Assembly: GCA_944363535.1 (NCBI GenBank)
Contig: CALVUG010000001.1
Location: forward strand, 16,461-80,460
From: an uncultured Bacilli bacterium
GTDB lineage: Bacteria; Bacillota_I; Bacilli_A; RFN20; CAG-826
Direction of reading: 5' to 3'
DNA: 64,000 nt
Positions 48,568 through 58,164 of the stretch are shown piece after piece. The stretch's first letter is position 1, and every line of letters begins with the position of its first letter. The position numbers and the translations under genes were made by a program. Under the pieces are notes generated by a model. It was not told the DNA's origin. It ran no database searches and saw only the letters and a program-made list of their open reading frames with translations.

Positions 48568-49626
48568 ATGGAACTAGCGGAAATTGAAGCACTCGTGAGT
48601 AAAATTAAACAAGATATCGAATGCTGCGAATGTCTAAAAGATTTAGTGGACGTCAAAAACGAGCAATTAGGTAAAAAATCTACCTTCTTTAGCGTCGCTT
48701 TGGAAGGATTAAATCAGATGATTAGAACCGCGCCTATCGAAGAAAAGAAAAAACTTGGGGCGTTAATTAATAAATTTAAAACCGATGTCTTAGATTGCTA
48801 TAACAAAAAAGAAATCGTCTTAAAAGAAAAATTAGAATTAGAAAAATTAAAGGAAGAAGAAATTGACATTTCTTTACCTGGAAATGACTATAGTGCGGGA
48901 AGTAAAAATCCACTTTTCGTCATAAGAGATGAAATCATCAAATTTTTCACCTCTTTAGGTTACGATGTCTACGCTGGTCCAGAAGTGGAAAATGATCACT
49001 ACAATTTCGAACTTTTAAATACGCCTAAAGATCACCCGGCAAGAGATATGCAAGATTCATTTTACATCGATGAAAGAACTTTACTTCGTACGCATACTTC
49101 ACCTGTCCAAGCGCGTACGATGTTAAAAAATCCTAATACACCGATTAAGATGATTGCACCTGGAAAAACTTATCGAAGAGATGACGATGATTTAACTCAC
49201 TCTCACCAATTCATGCAAATTGAATGTTTAGTCGTGGATGAAGGGATTAACCTCGCTCATCTTAAATCGACTTTAGAAAAATTTATGCATCATATCTTTG
49301 GGATGAAAAGAACGATCAAATTCGTTCCTTCTTATTTTCCATTTACCGAACCATCTTTCGAAGTGAATGTCAGTTGTGCGAATTGTCACGGAAAAGGATG
49401 TAATATGTGTAAAGGTACGGGTTACATCGAAGTATTAGGGGCAGGGATGGTGCACCCAAATGTCTTAAGGATGTGCGGTTACGATGACACGCGTTTTAGT
49501 GGCTTCGCCTTTGGCGTTGGGGTGGAAAGACTTGCCATGTTACGTTATGGCATCGATGATATTAGAAGATTTTATCAAAATGATGTCCGTTTCTTAAAAC
49601 AATTTAAAGAAGAATTCCGTAAGTAG
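48568..49626 (+). CDS. pheS: phenylalanine--tRNA ligase alpha subunit
   Basis: Class II motifs (HPARDMQDSFY, FRxE-type region, GFAFGVGVERLAM). Start at the ATG behind the GTGGAGGA SD. Confidence 0.95.
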   Translation: MELAEIEALVSKIKQDIECCECLKDLVDVKNEQLGKKSTFFSVALEGLNQMIRTAPIEEKKKLGALINKFKTDVLDCYNKKEIVLKEKLELEKLKEEEIDISLPGNDYSAGSKNPLFVIRDEIIKFFTSLGYDVYAGPEVENDHYNFELLNTPKDHPARDMQDSFYIDERTLLRTHTSPVQARTMLKNPNTPIKMIAPGKTYRRDDDDLTHSHQFMQIECLVVDEGINLAHLKSTLEKFMHHIFGMKRTIKFVPSYFPFTEPSFEVNVSCANCHGKGCNMCKGTGYIEVLGAGMVHPNVLRMCGYDDTRFSGFAFGVGVERLAMLRYGIDDIRRFYQNDVRFLKQFKEEFRK

Positions 49627-49638
49627 AGGTGAATAAAT

Positions 49639-52044
49639 ATGCAAGTAAGTGATAAATTATTACGTGAGCTCGTCAATTTAGAAGGTATTAGTCCACAAGA
49701 AATTAAAGATAAACTATGTGAACACGGTATCGAAGTGACTGGTTTTGCTCCTCTAGCGGAAGGTGATAAACTCATCATCGCCCAAATTGAAGAAGTGCAA
49801 AACGTCGAAGGAAGCGACCATCTTCACCTTTTAAAAGTTAACGAAGGTCAAGAGATTGGTGTCGTGGATGTCATCTGTGGCGCCCCCAACGTTAGGATCG
49901 GTCTAAAAGTCGTCGTGGCTAGACCTGGTTGCAACTTAAAAGGTGGTAAGATTAACGAAGCTAAAATCTTCGGCCATACTTCTTTAGGAATGTGTTGTTC
50001 TTATCAAGAACTTGGTATTCATCATAAATATTTAAGCGAAGAAGAAAGTAAAGGCATCATCGAATTATCGGATGATGCACCAATTGGTGAAACTGAAGTT
50101 TTAAAATATTTACATCTTGATGACATCATTTATGATGTCGAACTTCTCCCATCTCGTTCTTATTGCTTATCGATGATTAACTTCGCTAAAGAATTAGCGG
50201 CCATCTTCGAACGTGAAATGAAAGAATTTAAGTTCGATATTGAAGAAAATATCAAAAATGATTTTGAAGTGGGAAGTTTGACTTCCGCTTGTCCGCAATT
50301 CGCTATCCGAGTTATAAAAGATGTCGAAGTGAAGCCTTCACCAGCTTGGTTACGTTTCTTGCTCGTCGCTTTTGGTTACCGTAGCATCAATAACATCGTC
50401 GATATCGGTAACTTCGTCATGATTTTAACGGGTCAACCATTACATATGTACGATCTTGATAAATTAGCGAGACATTCCCTCATCGTAAAAGATGATTTAA
50501 AGAAAGATTTCGTGGCTTTAGATGAAAATCATTATGAGATTGAAAATGGTGATATTTGTATCACGTGCGACGATGAAATTATGTGCCTTGGTGGCGTGAT
50601 GGGCGCTTTAACGTGCGCGGTGGATGAAAATTCGAAAAACATCGCTATCGAATCAGCCTCTTTTTATCACGCAAGAATTAGACATACTTCCAGAAGATTA
50701 AATCTCGTGAGCGAATCTTCGATGCGCTTCGTCAAAGGAACGAACATGCATCAAGCTCATGAAGTTTTAGATTTAAGTGCAAAACTTTGTCTAGATTTAG
50801 CTAATGCTAAAGAAGTATCAAATATTGCTTCCTATTCTTCTGTAGAAGAAAAGAAGACGACGATCGAAGTGAGTTTAAGTTACATCAACCAAAGGCTTGC
50901 AACTTCTTTAAGATTAGAAGAAGTTTTAGCTATTTTTAATCGCCTTGAATTCGAAGTGAAAACGAGCGGAGAAAAGATGCTTGTCACCGTTCCATTTTAT
51001 CGCATCGATTTAAAAGAACCGTGCGATCTAAGCGAAGAAGTCATCCGTTTCGTCGGTTTTGCAAGAGTCAACGAAGAAAATTTAAGAAGTGAAGAACATC
51101 CAGGTGGTGTTTCCTTAGAAGAAAATAAGATCGATTACATTCGCTCCCTTCTTTTAAACCATGGTTTAAATGAATGTATCACCTATTCTTTAGTGAATGA
51201 AAAAGATATTTTAAAGTTTAATTACTTAAGCGAAGGTAAAGAAGCGGTGAAATTACTTCATCCTCTCACTGATAAGCATGCCTATTTTAGAACCAATTTA
51301 CTTCCTTCCTTATTAGAAGTAGCCTCTTATAATTACACGCATCAAAATCGTGACTTTGCTCTTTTTGAAGTTAGTGACGTCTACTTCGATAAAGTCGAAG
51401 AAAAATCTTCGAGACTCGCTATCGTCTTAGTGGGACGTGAACACCTTCACTCCGCTTTAGAAGTAAGAGATTATTCTTACTATTCTTTAAAAGGTTATTT
51501 AGAAGCTATTTTAAATGTTTTAAATATTGATCAAAGTCGTTACGCTATTAAAAGATTAGATTCTACTAAGAAAGAATTCCATCCTGGAAGAAGCGCTGAA
51601 ATTTATCTAGGCAAAAATCTTATCGGGGTGATGGGTGAAATTTATCCTAATCTAAAAAAAGATTACGATTTTGGAAAAGAAAATGTCGCTTTGATGGAAT
51701 TAGATTTATCCGTTTTATTAGAGGTAAAAGTTTCTCCTTTAGCGTTTAAAGAAATCAATCGTTTCCCGACTGTCAAACGTGATTTAGCTTTAGTGGTCAA
51801 AGATGATGTAAGTTATGCGAGCATTCGTAAAGTCATCAAGAATAGCGGTCACCAATTAGTGATGGATGTGACACCTTTTGATCTATATAAAGGTGAGCAT
51901 TTAGAAAAAGGTTACCATTCTTTAGCTATCACTATCACCTATGGTGATTTAAAGAAAACACTCATTGATGAAGAAGTCAATCGGGCGGAAAACGATATTA
52001 AATATGCCTTACATAAAGAATTAGGTATCGAACTGAGGAGTTAA
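49639..52044 (+). CDS. pheT: phenylalanine--tRNA ligase beta subunit
   Basis: N-terminal tRNA-binding OB domain, B3/B4, B5 and FDX-ACB-like C-terminus. 801 aa. Confidence 0.95.
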   Translation: MQVSDKLLRELVNLEGISPQEIKDKLCEHGIEVTGFAPLAEGDKLIIAQIEEVQNVEGSDHLHLLKVNEGQEIGVVDVICGAPNVRIGLKVVVARPGCNLKGGKINEAKIFGHTSLGMCCSYQELGIHHKYLSEEESKGIIELSDDAPIGETEVLKYLHLDDIIYDVELLPSRSYCLSMINFAKELAAIFEREMKEFKFDIEENIKNDFEVGSLTSACPQFAIRVIKDVEVKPSPAWLRFLLVAFGYRSINNIVDIGNFVMILTGQPLHMYDLDKLARHSLIVKDDLKKDFVALDENHYEIENGDICITCDDEIMCLGGVMGALTCAVDENSKNIAIESASFYHARIRHTSRRLNLVSESSMRFVKGTNMHQAHEVLDLSAKLCLDLANAKEVSNIASYSSVEEKKTTIEVSLSYINQRLATSLRLEEVLAIFNRLEFEVKTSGEKMLVTVPFYRIDLKEPCDLSEEVIRFVGFARVNEENLRSEEHPGGVSLEENKIDYIRSLLLNHGLNECITYSLVNEKDILKFNYLSEGKEAVKLLHPLTDKHAYFRTNLLPSLLEVASYNYTHQNRDFALFEVSDVYFDKVEEKSSRLAIVLVGREHLHSALEVRDYSYYSLKGYLEAILNVLNIDQSRYAIKRLDSTKKEFHPGRSAEIYLGKNLIGVMGEIYPNLKKDYDFGKENVALMELDLSVLLEVKVSPLAFKEINRFPTVKRDLALVVKDDVSYASIRKVIKNSGHQLVMDVTPFDLYKGEHLEKGYHSLAITITYGDLKKTLIDEEVNRAENDIKYALHKELGIELRS

Positions 52045-52045
52045 G

Positions 52046-52555
52046 ATGCAAATCAATTTAAAAACTTTGAAAGTTGGGGAACCTTTAAGAATTAAAACAT
52101 CTTTAAAAGATGAATTAAAATCTTTGTTACCGACTTTTAAAATTAAAGATGTCTTAAGTTTCGATGTCGATGTTAGTCTATCTAATTTAGGTGAAGAAAT
52201 TTACGATTTAAATATCGTAAGTAAAGGTAAATTTATTCTCATCTGCGCTTATTCATTAAAGCCATTTGAAAAAGAAGTGGTCACTAAAGATCATTTTTAT
52301 CTTACTTACGCCGAAAGCGATGATTTAGAAACTTTACAAATCGATTCCCCGCATCTAAATATCGACGGAAGTTTCTTATTACCTTTAATCGATGCGGAAA
52401 TTGGTCTTGCACCAAAAAGTCCAGATGTCGATATTACTAAGATCGAGGGTTTAAAAGATGAAGCGACTTACAAAAAGGAGAAAGAGGAGCGTTTAGATCC
52501 ACGCTTAAGTGCTTTAGATGATTTTTCTTGGGAGGAAGATGAAGATGAAAAATAA
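52046..52555 (+). CDS. DUF177 (YceD/YlbN-like) protein
   Basis: ~170 aa with an acidic C-terminus. Size and pattern typical of YceD family; moderate support only. Confidence 0.55.
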   Translation: MQINLKTLKVGEPLRIKTSLKDELKSLLPTFKIKDVLSFDVDVSLSNLGEEIYDLNIVSKGKFILICAYSLKPFEKEVVTKDHFYLTYAESDDLETLQIDSPHLNIDGSFLLPLIDAEIGLAPKSPDVDITKIEGLKDEATYKKEKEERLDPRLSALDDFSWEEDEDEK

Positions 52556-53747
52556 ACGAATTTGTATCGTCGGAGCAGGTTACGTCGGCTTGCCTTTAGG
52601 TATCGTCTTAGGTTTAAAGTATGATGTCACATGCTTTGATATCGATGAAAAGAAGGTGCAGATGATAAATGAAAGAATTCCACCTTTCGACGAACCTTAT
52701 ATTCTTAGTGCTTTTAAAGATGAAAGTCTTTCTTTGATCGCGACGGCGAATAAAGATGAAGCTTATCTAAATCAAGATTTCTACATCATTTGTTTACCAA
52801 TACACGCGAAAAGTTTCGATGAACATTTCGATATCTCTTCTTTAAGAAGCGTCATCAAAGATATATTAGAAGTCGATAAGAACGCTCATATCGTCATCAA
52901 ATCGACCTTACCGATTGGAGTGACGAAAAAGATGCAAGATGAATTTGATCATAAATTTATTTTATTTTCCCCTGAATTTTTAAGAGAACAACATGCGATT
53001 TATGATACCTTATATCCAAGTCGCATCGTCATCGGGGGCGATAAAAAAGATGAAGAAGTGGCGACTTTGATGAAAGATTATGCGACTTTGATCCAATCTT
53101 GTCTTTTAAAAAGCGATGTACCTATCGTCTTTTGTTCTTCTAAAGAAGCGGAAGCTATCAAACTATTTTCTAATTCATTTTTAGCGACGCGCGTCGCTTT
53201 ATTTAATGAAATCGATTCCTATTGTTTAAAAGATGGGGAAATGTCCACCAAAAATATTATCGCTGGCATGGGAATGGATGATAGAATTGGCGATTTTTAT
53301 AATAATCCTTCCTTTGGTTACGGTGGTTTTTGCTTACCGAAAGATATCGCTGAGCTCACGCTAGATGAAAATTATGATGGTTACATCTTCAAAGCCACGA
53401 AGTTAGCGAACGAAAAAAGAGTGGAAGATATCGCAAGTGCGATAGTGGATAAATTAGAAAGTAAAGATGATGTGGTCGGCATCTATCGTCTTGCGATGAA
53501 AGCGAATACGAACGATTTTAGAACTTCGATCATCTTCTCTTTGATAAGAGCCTTAAAAGAAAGAAAGGTGAACCTCATCATCTACGAACCATCGTTCAAC
53601 CAAGAAAAATATGATGATATTTTAGTCTATAACGAACTAAAGAAATTTAAAGAAGACGCCAAAATTATCGTCGCTAATCGCTTAGATGATAATTTAGAAG
53701 ATGTTTCAAAGAAAGTATTTAGCCGAGATTTGAAAAGAATCGATTAA
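52545..53747 (+). CDS. UDP-glucose 6-dehydrogenase family protein
   Basis: Rossmann ICIVGAGYVGLPLG, catalytic-Cys context GYGGFCLPKD. Start at ATG 52545, 8 nt after GGAGGA. Confidence 0.85.
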   Translation: MKNKRICIVGAGYVGLPLGIVLGLKYDVTCFDIDEKKVQMINERIPPFDEPYILSAFKDESLSLIATANKDEAYLNQDFYIICLPIHAKSFDEHFDISSLRSVIKDILEVDKNAHIVIKSTLPIGVTKKMQDEFDHKFILFSPEFLREQHAIYDTLYPSRIVIGGDKKDEEVATLMKDYATLIQSCLLKSDVPIVFCSSKEAEAIKLFSNSFLATRVALFNEIDSYCLKDGEMSTKNIIAGMGMDDRIGDFYNNPSFGYGGFCLPKDIAELTLDENYDGYIFKATKLANEKRVEDIASAIVDKLESKDDVVGIYRLAMKANTNDFRTSIIFSLIRALKERKVNLIIYEPSFNQEKYDDILVYNELKKFKEDAKIIVANRLDDNLEDVSKKVFSRDLKRID

Positions 53748-53798
53748 TTTTTAAAAAAATCTCCCACAAATTTTATAAAAATGGTTAAATTTATAAAG

Positions 53799-53823
53799 AT
53801 AGATGCTATGCATCTATTTTTTT
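53799..53823 (+). terminator. rho-independent terminator after the UDP-glucose dehydrogenase gene
   Basis: ATAGATGC-TAT-GCATCTAT followed by TTTTTTT. Confidence 0.75.
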
Positions 53824-53906
53824 AAAATTCAAATTAGAAAAAAATGTAAAAAATCCGCAATTTCCTATTTACATATCCCTATTTCATGCACTATAATTTA
53901 GTTACG

Positions 53907-53934
53907 TTGGTAGAAAGTGGTAGAAAGTGGTATG
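53907..53934 (+). promoter_or_regulatory. MraZ operator-like direct repeats
   Basis: TTGGTAGAAA / GTGGTAGAAA / GTGGTATG: three GTGG-core units with exact 10-bp spacing. They lie downstream of a TTTACA-18-TATAAT promoter candidate (53868-53897) and run into the mraZ ATG. Confidence 0.7.
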
Positions 53935-54366
53935 TTCTTTGGTTCCTATTTCCATTCATTAGACGATAAAGGACGTGTCGTCATTCCTGCGAAGATGAGA
54001 GAAGAAGCTGGACTTCGTATCTACATCATGCGTGGCCATGACGGAGCGTTAGAAATTTATCGTAAGGAAACTTTCGAAGCTAAATTAGAAGAAATTGCTA
54101 CTTTACCATATAACCAAAAAAGTTCTCGTGACTTTGTTAGACTCGCCCTCTCGAGCGTCGTCGAATTAGACGTCGATCGTCAGGGGAGAGTGCAAATCCC
54201 CCAACAAGTGATAAATGATTATCACATCAGCAAAGATGTGGCGATCATCGGGGTTTACGATCATATCGAAATATGGTCGCGTGACAAATGGCTAAGCTAC
54301 GTGAAAGATGGTGAGGAATCTTACGATGATAACGCAGAACGACTCCCAACAAATAACGTACGCTGA
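53932..54366 (+). CDS. mraZ: transcriptional regulator MraZ
   Basis: MFFGSYFHSLDDKGRVVIP and second SpoVT/AbrB-like repeat DRQGRVQIP. The track start (GTG 53917) lies inside the repeats and looks over-extended. Confidence 0.92.
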   Translation: MFFGSYFHSLDDKGRVVIPAKMREEAGLRIYIMRGHDGALEIYRKETFEAKLEEIATLPYNQKSSRDFVRLALSSVVELDVDRQGRVQIPQQVINDYHISKDVAIIGVYDHIEIWSRDKWLSYVKDGEESYDDNAERLPTNNVR

Positions 54367-55309
54367 AGAGAACACTTACCAGCACGTCCCAGTTCTTTTA
54401 GACGAAGTCATCACGGGACTTAACATCAATCCTGACGGCATCTACGTCGATTTGACCTTAGGCCGGGCAGGGCACGCTCAAGCGATTTTAGCAAAGCTAA
54501 ACAAAGGACTTCTCGTCGGCATCGATCGTGACTTAGAAGCGATAAGAGCCGCCAAAGAAATCTTAGCGAAGCAAAAACGCCTTTACATCATCAGAAACGC
54601 AAACTTCAAAGACGTGGACCTCATCTTAGATGAATTAAATATTCGTAAGATCGATGGTGCTTTATTAGATTTAGGCGTTTCTTCTCCTCAATTTGATGAT
54701 CCTAACCGTGGATTCTCCTATCGTTACGATACAAGACTTGACATGCGGATGGATCAAAAAGAACATCTTACAGCTTACGATGTCATCAATACTTATAGCG
54801 AAGAAAAACTCGCTCATATATTCAAAGAATATGGCGATGAAAAATTTGCGAAAAGTATCGCTAAGAACATCGTCAAAGCACGTAAAATAAAACCGGTCGA
54901 AACGACGTTTGCCTTAGTGGATATCATCAAAGATAGTAAACCGAGTCGCGAACTAAGGAAAGTCGGTCACCCCGCCAAACAAGTCTTCCAAGCTTTAAGA
55001 ATTGAAGTTAACGACGAATTTAGCGCTTTAAAAGAAGTGTTAGCGAAGATAACGGATAGACTTAACGTCAATGGTCGACTCGCTATCATCACCTTCCATT
55101 CTGGTGAAGACCGCATCGTCAAAACTTACTTCAAGAAATTAGCGGTCATCGAAGGCGATAGGAATGCACCTCCCACAGATCCAAGTAAACTAGAACAACC
55201 AAAATTCCGTCTAGTGAACAAGAAAGCCATCGAACCATCGAAAGAAGAAGTTGATAGTAATCACCGCGCGAGTAGCGCAAAACTTCGTATCATCGAACGT
55301 ATTGGTTAA
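54326..55309 (+). CDS. rsmH: 16S rRNA (cytosine1402-N4)-methyltransferase
   Basis: HVPVLLDEV, DLTLGRAGHA, DLGVSSPQFD, FHSGEDRIVK. ATG 54326 is preceded by GGTGAGGA. Overlaps mraZ by 41 nt. Confidence 0.9.
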   Translation: MITQNDSQQITYAEENTYQHVPVLLDEVITGLNINPDGIYVDLTLGRAGHAQAILAKLNKGLLVGIDRDLEAIRAAKEILAKQKRLYIIRNANFKDVDLILDELNIRKIDGALLDLGVSSPQFDDPNRGFSYRYDTRLDMRMDQKEHLTAYDVINTYSEEKLAHIFKEYGDEKFAKSIAKNIVKARKIKPVETTFALVDIIKDSKPSRELRKVGHPAKQVFQALRIEVNDEFSALKEVLAKITDRLNVNGRLAIITFHSGEDRIVKTYFKKLAVIEGDRNAPPTDPSKLEQPKFRLVNKKAIEPSKEEVDSNHRASSAKLRIIERIG

Positions 55310-55342
55310 ATACTTACCTTAACCTAGGAAAGGAGAAAGATT

Positions 55343-55561
55343 ATGAAAGACAAATTAGTGAAATTCAATCATAAAGCGACTTACTACCGTATGCGTAAAA
55401 TTGGTGTCGCTTTCGCTTTCGTCTCGGCTTTTTCACTTTCCGTCGTCCTTCCGGTCTCGGTCTCCTTAGTGAACGCCGCGAAGGCAGATAATGAACAAGA
55501 AGTAGCCGAAGAAAAAGAAGCTAATGAACTCATCATGGATGTAGATTCTTATTATTGTTAA
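55343..55561 (+). CDS. small single-TM protein in the FtsL position of the dcw cluster
   Basis: 72 aa with TM IGVAFAFVSAFSLSVVLPVSVSL. AAAGGAGAAAG SD. No sequence motif recognised. Confidence 0.55.
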   Translation: MKDKLVKFNHKATYYRMRKIGVAFAFVSAFSLSVVLPVSVSLVNAAKADNEQEVAEEKEANELIMDVDSYYC

Positions 55562-55631
55562 GCTATAAAATAATAACTTTTCCCTCTATCTAACTATATT
55601 CCAAACCTTAACCTAATAAGAATTTGACTTG

Positions 55632-55664
55632 AAGGCTGTGCATTCTCTCCCACAGCCTTTTTTA
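55632..55664 (+). terminator. rho-independent terminator between the small TM gene and ftsA
   Basis: AAGGCTGTG-10 nt loop-CACAGCCTT followed by TTTTTT. Confidence 0.8.
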
Positions 55665-55767
55665 GTAGTTTAGTAATTAATTAGTAGTTTTTTATATACA
55701 TTTTCACAACTTTGTAAAATTGTGTTGTCTAAGCGTTAGTAAAAGTCTATAATTTTAATAGAAAATT

Positions 55768-56994
55768 ATGGATAGACCTATTGCTGCCTTAGAAATTACG
55801 TCCAAAGCCGCGAAGCTCATCGTCGGTTACGTCATCGATGACGAAGTGTGCGTCGTCTATTCTTCGATGCTGCCTTTAGAAGGGGCCATCATCGATGGGG
55901 AGATTAGAGATTTTGAAAAGGTGAGTGACGTCCTCAAGACTTTAGCGAACATCAAAGACGAATCGAAAAAATTAAAAATTAACATCTCCGAAGTCGTCTT
56001 AGGTTTACCGCCTATCGGCTTAGAAGTCTATCAAAATGATAAAGTGACGAACGTCGTAAGCGATGATGGGCGCATTTCACGTATCGACATCACTAATGTC
56101 ATATCGCTCGTGAAGAAAGAACAAGTGAAGACTGTCGATAAAATAGTGGACATCATTCCTGACGTCTTCATCCTCGATCACGACCAAGTTTTTTATACCC
56201 CACCGATAGGTAAGGTTTCTAATTCGCTCGCGCTCAATGCGAAAGTGCATACGTTACCGAAAAATATCATCGATGGTTACCTAAAAGTTTGCGAAAATGC
56301 TTCCTTACGTGTGAAGCGTATGATGGTGACGCCTTACGCCTTAGGGGAACTTTTAAAAACTTATAAAGATATTCCTGACCATTATTTACTTCTCGATATG
56401 GGGGCTAATCTTACGACTATTTCTCTCATGGGAAATAAATCTAGATTATTCGCTTCAACTTACATCGCCAAAGGCGGGGATGATTTGACGCGTTTCCTCG
56501 CTGATAAGTTTCATCTCGATTTTAAGGTCGCTAACGACTTAAAAGAACTTTATGGCGATGACCTTAGTCCGGTTTCTCCAGATATTTCTATCTTAGAAAA
56601 TGAACCGAATAAGGCTTTATATCTCAAAGATTTTAAAGAAGCGGTCGAAAGTTGGCTGAGCGCTTATACTAACGATATAAAGCTTGCCTTAAATGTCTTA
56701 CTTAAAGAATATGATGAACGTTACTATTTACTTCCCTTACTCCTTAGTGGAGGCACAAGTTTACTTAACGGCATCGAACTATATTTTTCAAAAGTTTTCA
56801 AAGATAACGCTATCAAAGCGATCGTACCTACTTCCTTAGGGGCAAGAGACCCATCTTACTTCAATTGTTTAGGTCTTATCAAAGCGGCCTCAATTTATCG
56901 CGGGACGTTAGAAGATGAAAGAATTAGAGTCTCACCTTTAAATCGTAAAGGTAATGAAAATAAATCGTACAGTGAAATGGAAGATGAACTTTAG
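55768..56994 (+). CDS. ftsA: cell division protein FtsA
   Basis: Actin-like fold pattern (IAALEITSKAAKLIVGY, LLLDMGANLTTISL, LSGGTSLLNG). 408 aa. Confidence 0.88.
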   Translation: MDRPIAALEITSKAAKLIVGYVIDDEVCVVYSSMLPLEGAIIDGEIRDFEKVSDVLKTLANIKDESKKLKINISEVVLGLPPIGLEVYQNDKVTNVVSDDGRISRIDITNVISLVKKEQVKTVDKIVDIIPDVFILDHDQVFYTPPIGKVSNSLALNAKVHTLPKNIIDGYLKVCENASLRVKRMMVTPYALGELLKTYKDIPDHYLLLDMGANLTTISLMGNKSRLFASTYIAKGGDDLTRFLADKFHLDFKVANDLKELYGDDLSPVSPDISILENEPNKALYLKDFKEAVESWLSAYTNDIKLALNVLLKEYDERYYLLPLLLSGGTSLLNGIELYFSKVFKDNAIKAIVPTSLGARDPSYFNCLGLIKAASIYRGTLEDERIRVSPLNRKGNENKSYSEMEDEL

Positions 56995-57008
56995 GAGGAA
57001 TTTCATAG

Positions 57009-58145
57009 ATGGATGCATACAATTTAGATAATTTCGAACCAGCCGCCCGTATCATCGTCATCGGCGTCGGTGGAGCGGGCAATAATGCGGTCAATCGTAT
57101 GATTGATGATAATATTTCTAACGTCGAATTTTTCGTCGCTAATACGGATAAACAAGCTTTATCAACTTCGCGCGCTAAAAATCGTTTAATTCTCGGCCAA
57201 GAAATCACTAATGGTTTAGGGGCTGGGGGCGATCCTAACGTCGGAAAGATAGCCGCGGAAGCAAGCGAAGATGACATTAAAAAGATCGTCGAAGGAGCGA
57301 ACATGGTCTTCATCGCCGCGGGTATGGGTGGAGGAACTGGAACGGGAGCCGCACCAGTCATCGCAAAAATTGCTAAAGATGCAGGGGCGCTCGTCATCGC
57401 TATCGTCACTAGACCTTTCACTTTCGAAGGAAAGGAAAGAATCGCTAATTCGGTCGAAGGTTTAAACAATTTAAAAGCTGTCGTCGACGCTATCATCGTC
57501 GTCAGTAACGATAAGTTACTCATGGTGAACGGTAACGCCTACATTAGCGATGCATTCTCCGAATCTGACCGCGTTTTAGCGCAATCCGTCAAAACGGTCA
57601 CCGATTTAATTTTGATGCCCGCTATCATCAACTTAGACTTTGCGGATGTCAAAAGAACATTAAAAGATAGCGGAGTCGCCCTCATCGGCTTCGGCGTTGG
57701 AGAAGGGCCAAACCGTGCACAAGATGCCGCCCAAAGTGCGATCAATTCACCTTTGCTTGAAACTTCTATTAGCGGAGCAAGAAGAGCGATCATCGCTGTC
57801 ACTTGTGGGGCGAAAGTTTCTCTTTATGAAGCACAAGAAACCGTCAATCGATTAGTCGAAGCTGCCGGAAGTGGCATCAACGTCTTATTCGGGGTGAGCA
57901 TCAATTCTGAACTAGAAGATCAAATTCTTGTGAGCGTCATCGCTAGCGATTTCATCGAGGATATCGATTTCACTGACGTACCAAAATACCAAGCACCTTT
58001 GAAGCCTTACGTCAATACCGCTAGCGCTATTAATGATAATAACGTCACGCTTGGACTCGATGATAATAGCAAAGTCGAAGAAAGAAGTGACGAGGAGGAA
58101 GAAGATATTCTTCCACGCTATTTTAAAGATTTACCTCGTTCTTAA
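57009..58145 (+). CDS. ftsZ: cell division protein FtsZ
   Basis: GVGGAGNNAVNRM and tubulin signature GMGGGTGTGAAPVIA. AGGAGG SD. Confidence 0.97.
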   Translation: MDAYNLDNFEPAARIIVIGVGGAGNNAVNRMIDDNISNVEFFVANTDKQALSTSRAKNRLILGQEITNGLGAGGDPNVGKIAAEASEDDIKKIVEGANMVFIAAGMGGGTGTGAAPVIAKIAKDAGALVIAIVTRPFTFEGKERIANSVEGLNNLKAVVDAIIVVSNDKLLMVNGNAYISDAFSESDRVLAQSVKTVTDLILMPAIINLDFADVKRTLKDSGVALIGFGVGEGPNRAQDAAQSAINSPLLETSISGARRAIIAVTCGAKVSLYEAQETVNRLVEAAGSGINVLFGVSINSELEDQILVSVIASDFIEDIDFTDVPKYQAPLKPYVNTASAINDNNVTLGLDDNSKVEERSDEEEEDILPRYFKDLPRS

Positions 58146-58164
58146 TTTTATTTATAATCTAGAA

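Noticed and set aside
49380-49425. DnaJ-like CxxCxGxGCxxCxGxG zinc-ribbon motif inside PheS (CANCHGKGCNMCKGTG)
   Set aside because: The same insertion occurs in Bacillus-type PheS (CxxCxGKGCxxCKxTGWIEI). It is a known family feature, not a novel insertion.
56924-57523. 199-aa ORF antisense to ftsZ (Ala/Pro/Thr-rich)
   Set aside because: It is a shadow ORF on the opposite strand of a high-confidence, GC-richer gene. It is low-complexity and has no SD. The same reasoning applies to other antisense or alternative-frame track ORFs: 158-346, 496-729, 3949-4176, 5234-5419, 9260-9650, 10986-11327, 14834-15091, 18209-18457, 22317-22554, 23295-24419, 24762-24989, 25743-25928, 26272-26765, 27964-28170, 28951-29175, 30257-30523, 30941-31204, 35436-36256, 37688-37882, 38885-39070, 40035-40320, 41556-41804, 43309-43542, 44284-44616, 47105-47290, 49575-49778, 54693-54890, 57271-57802, 59601-60040.
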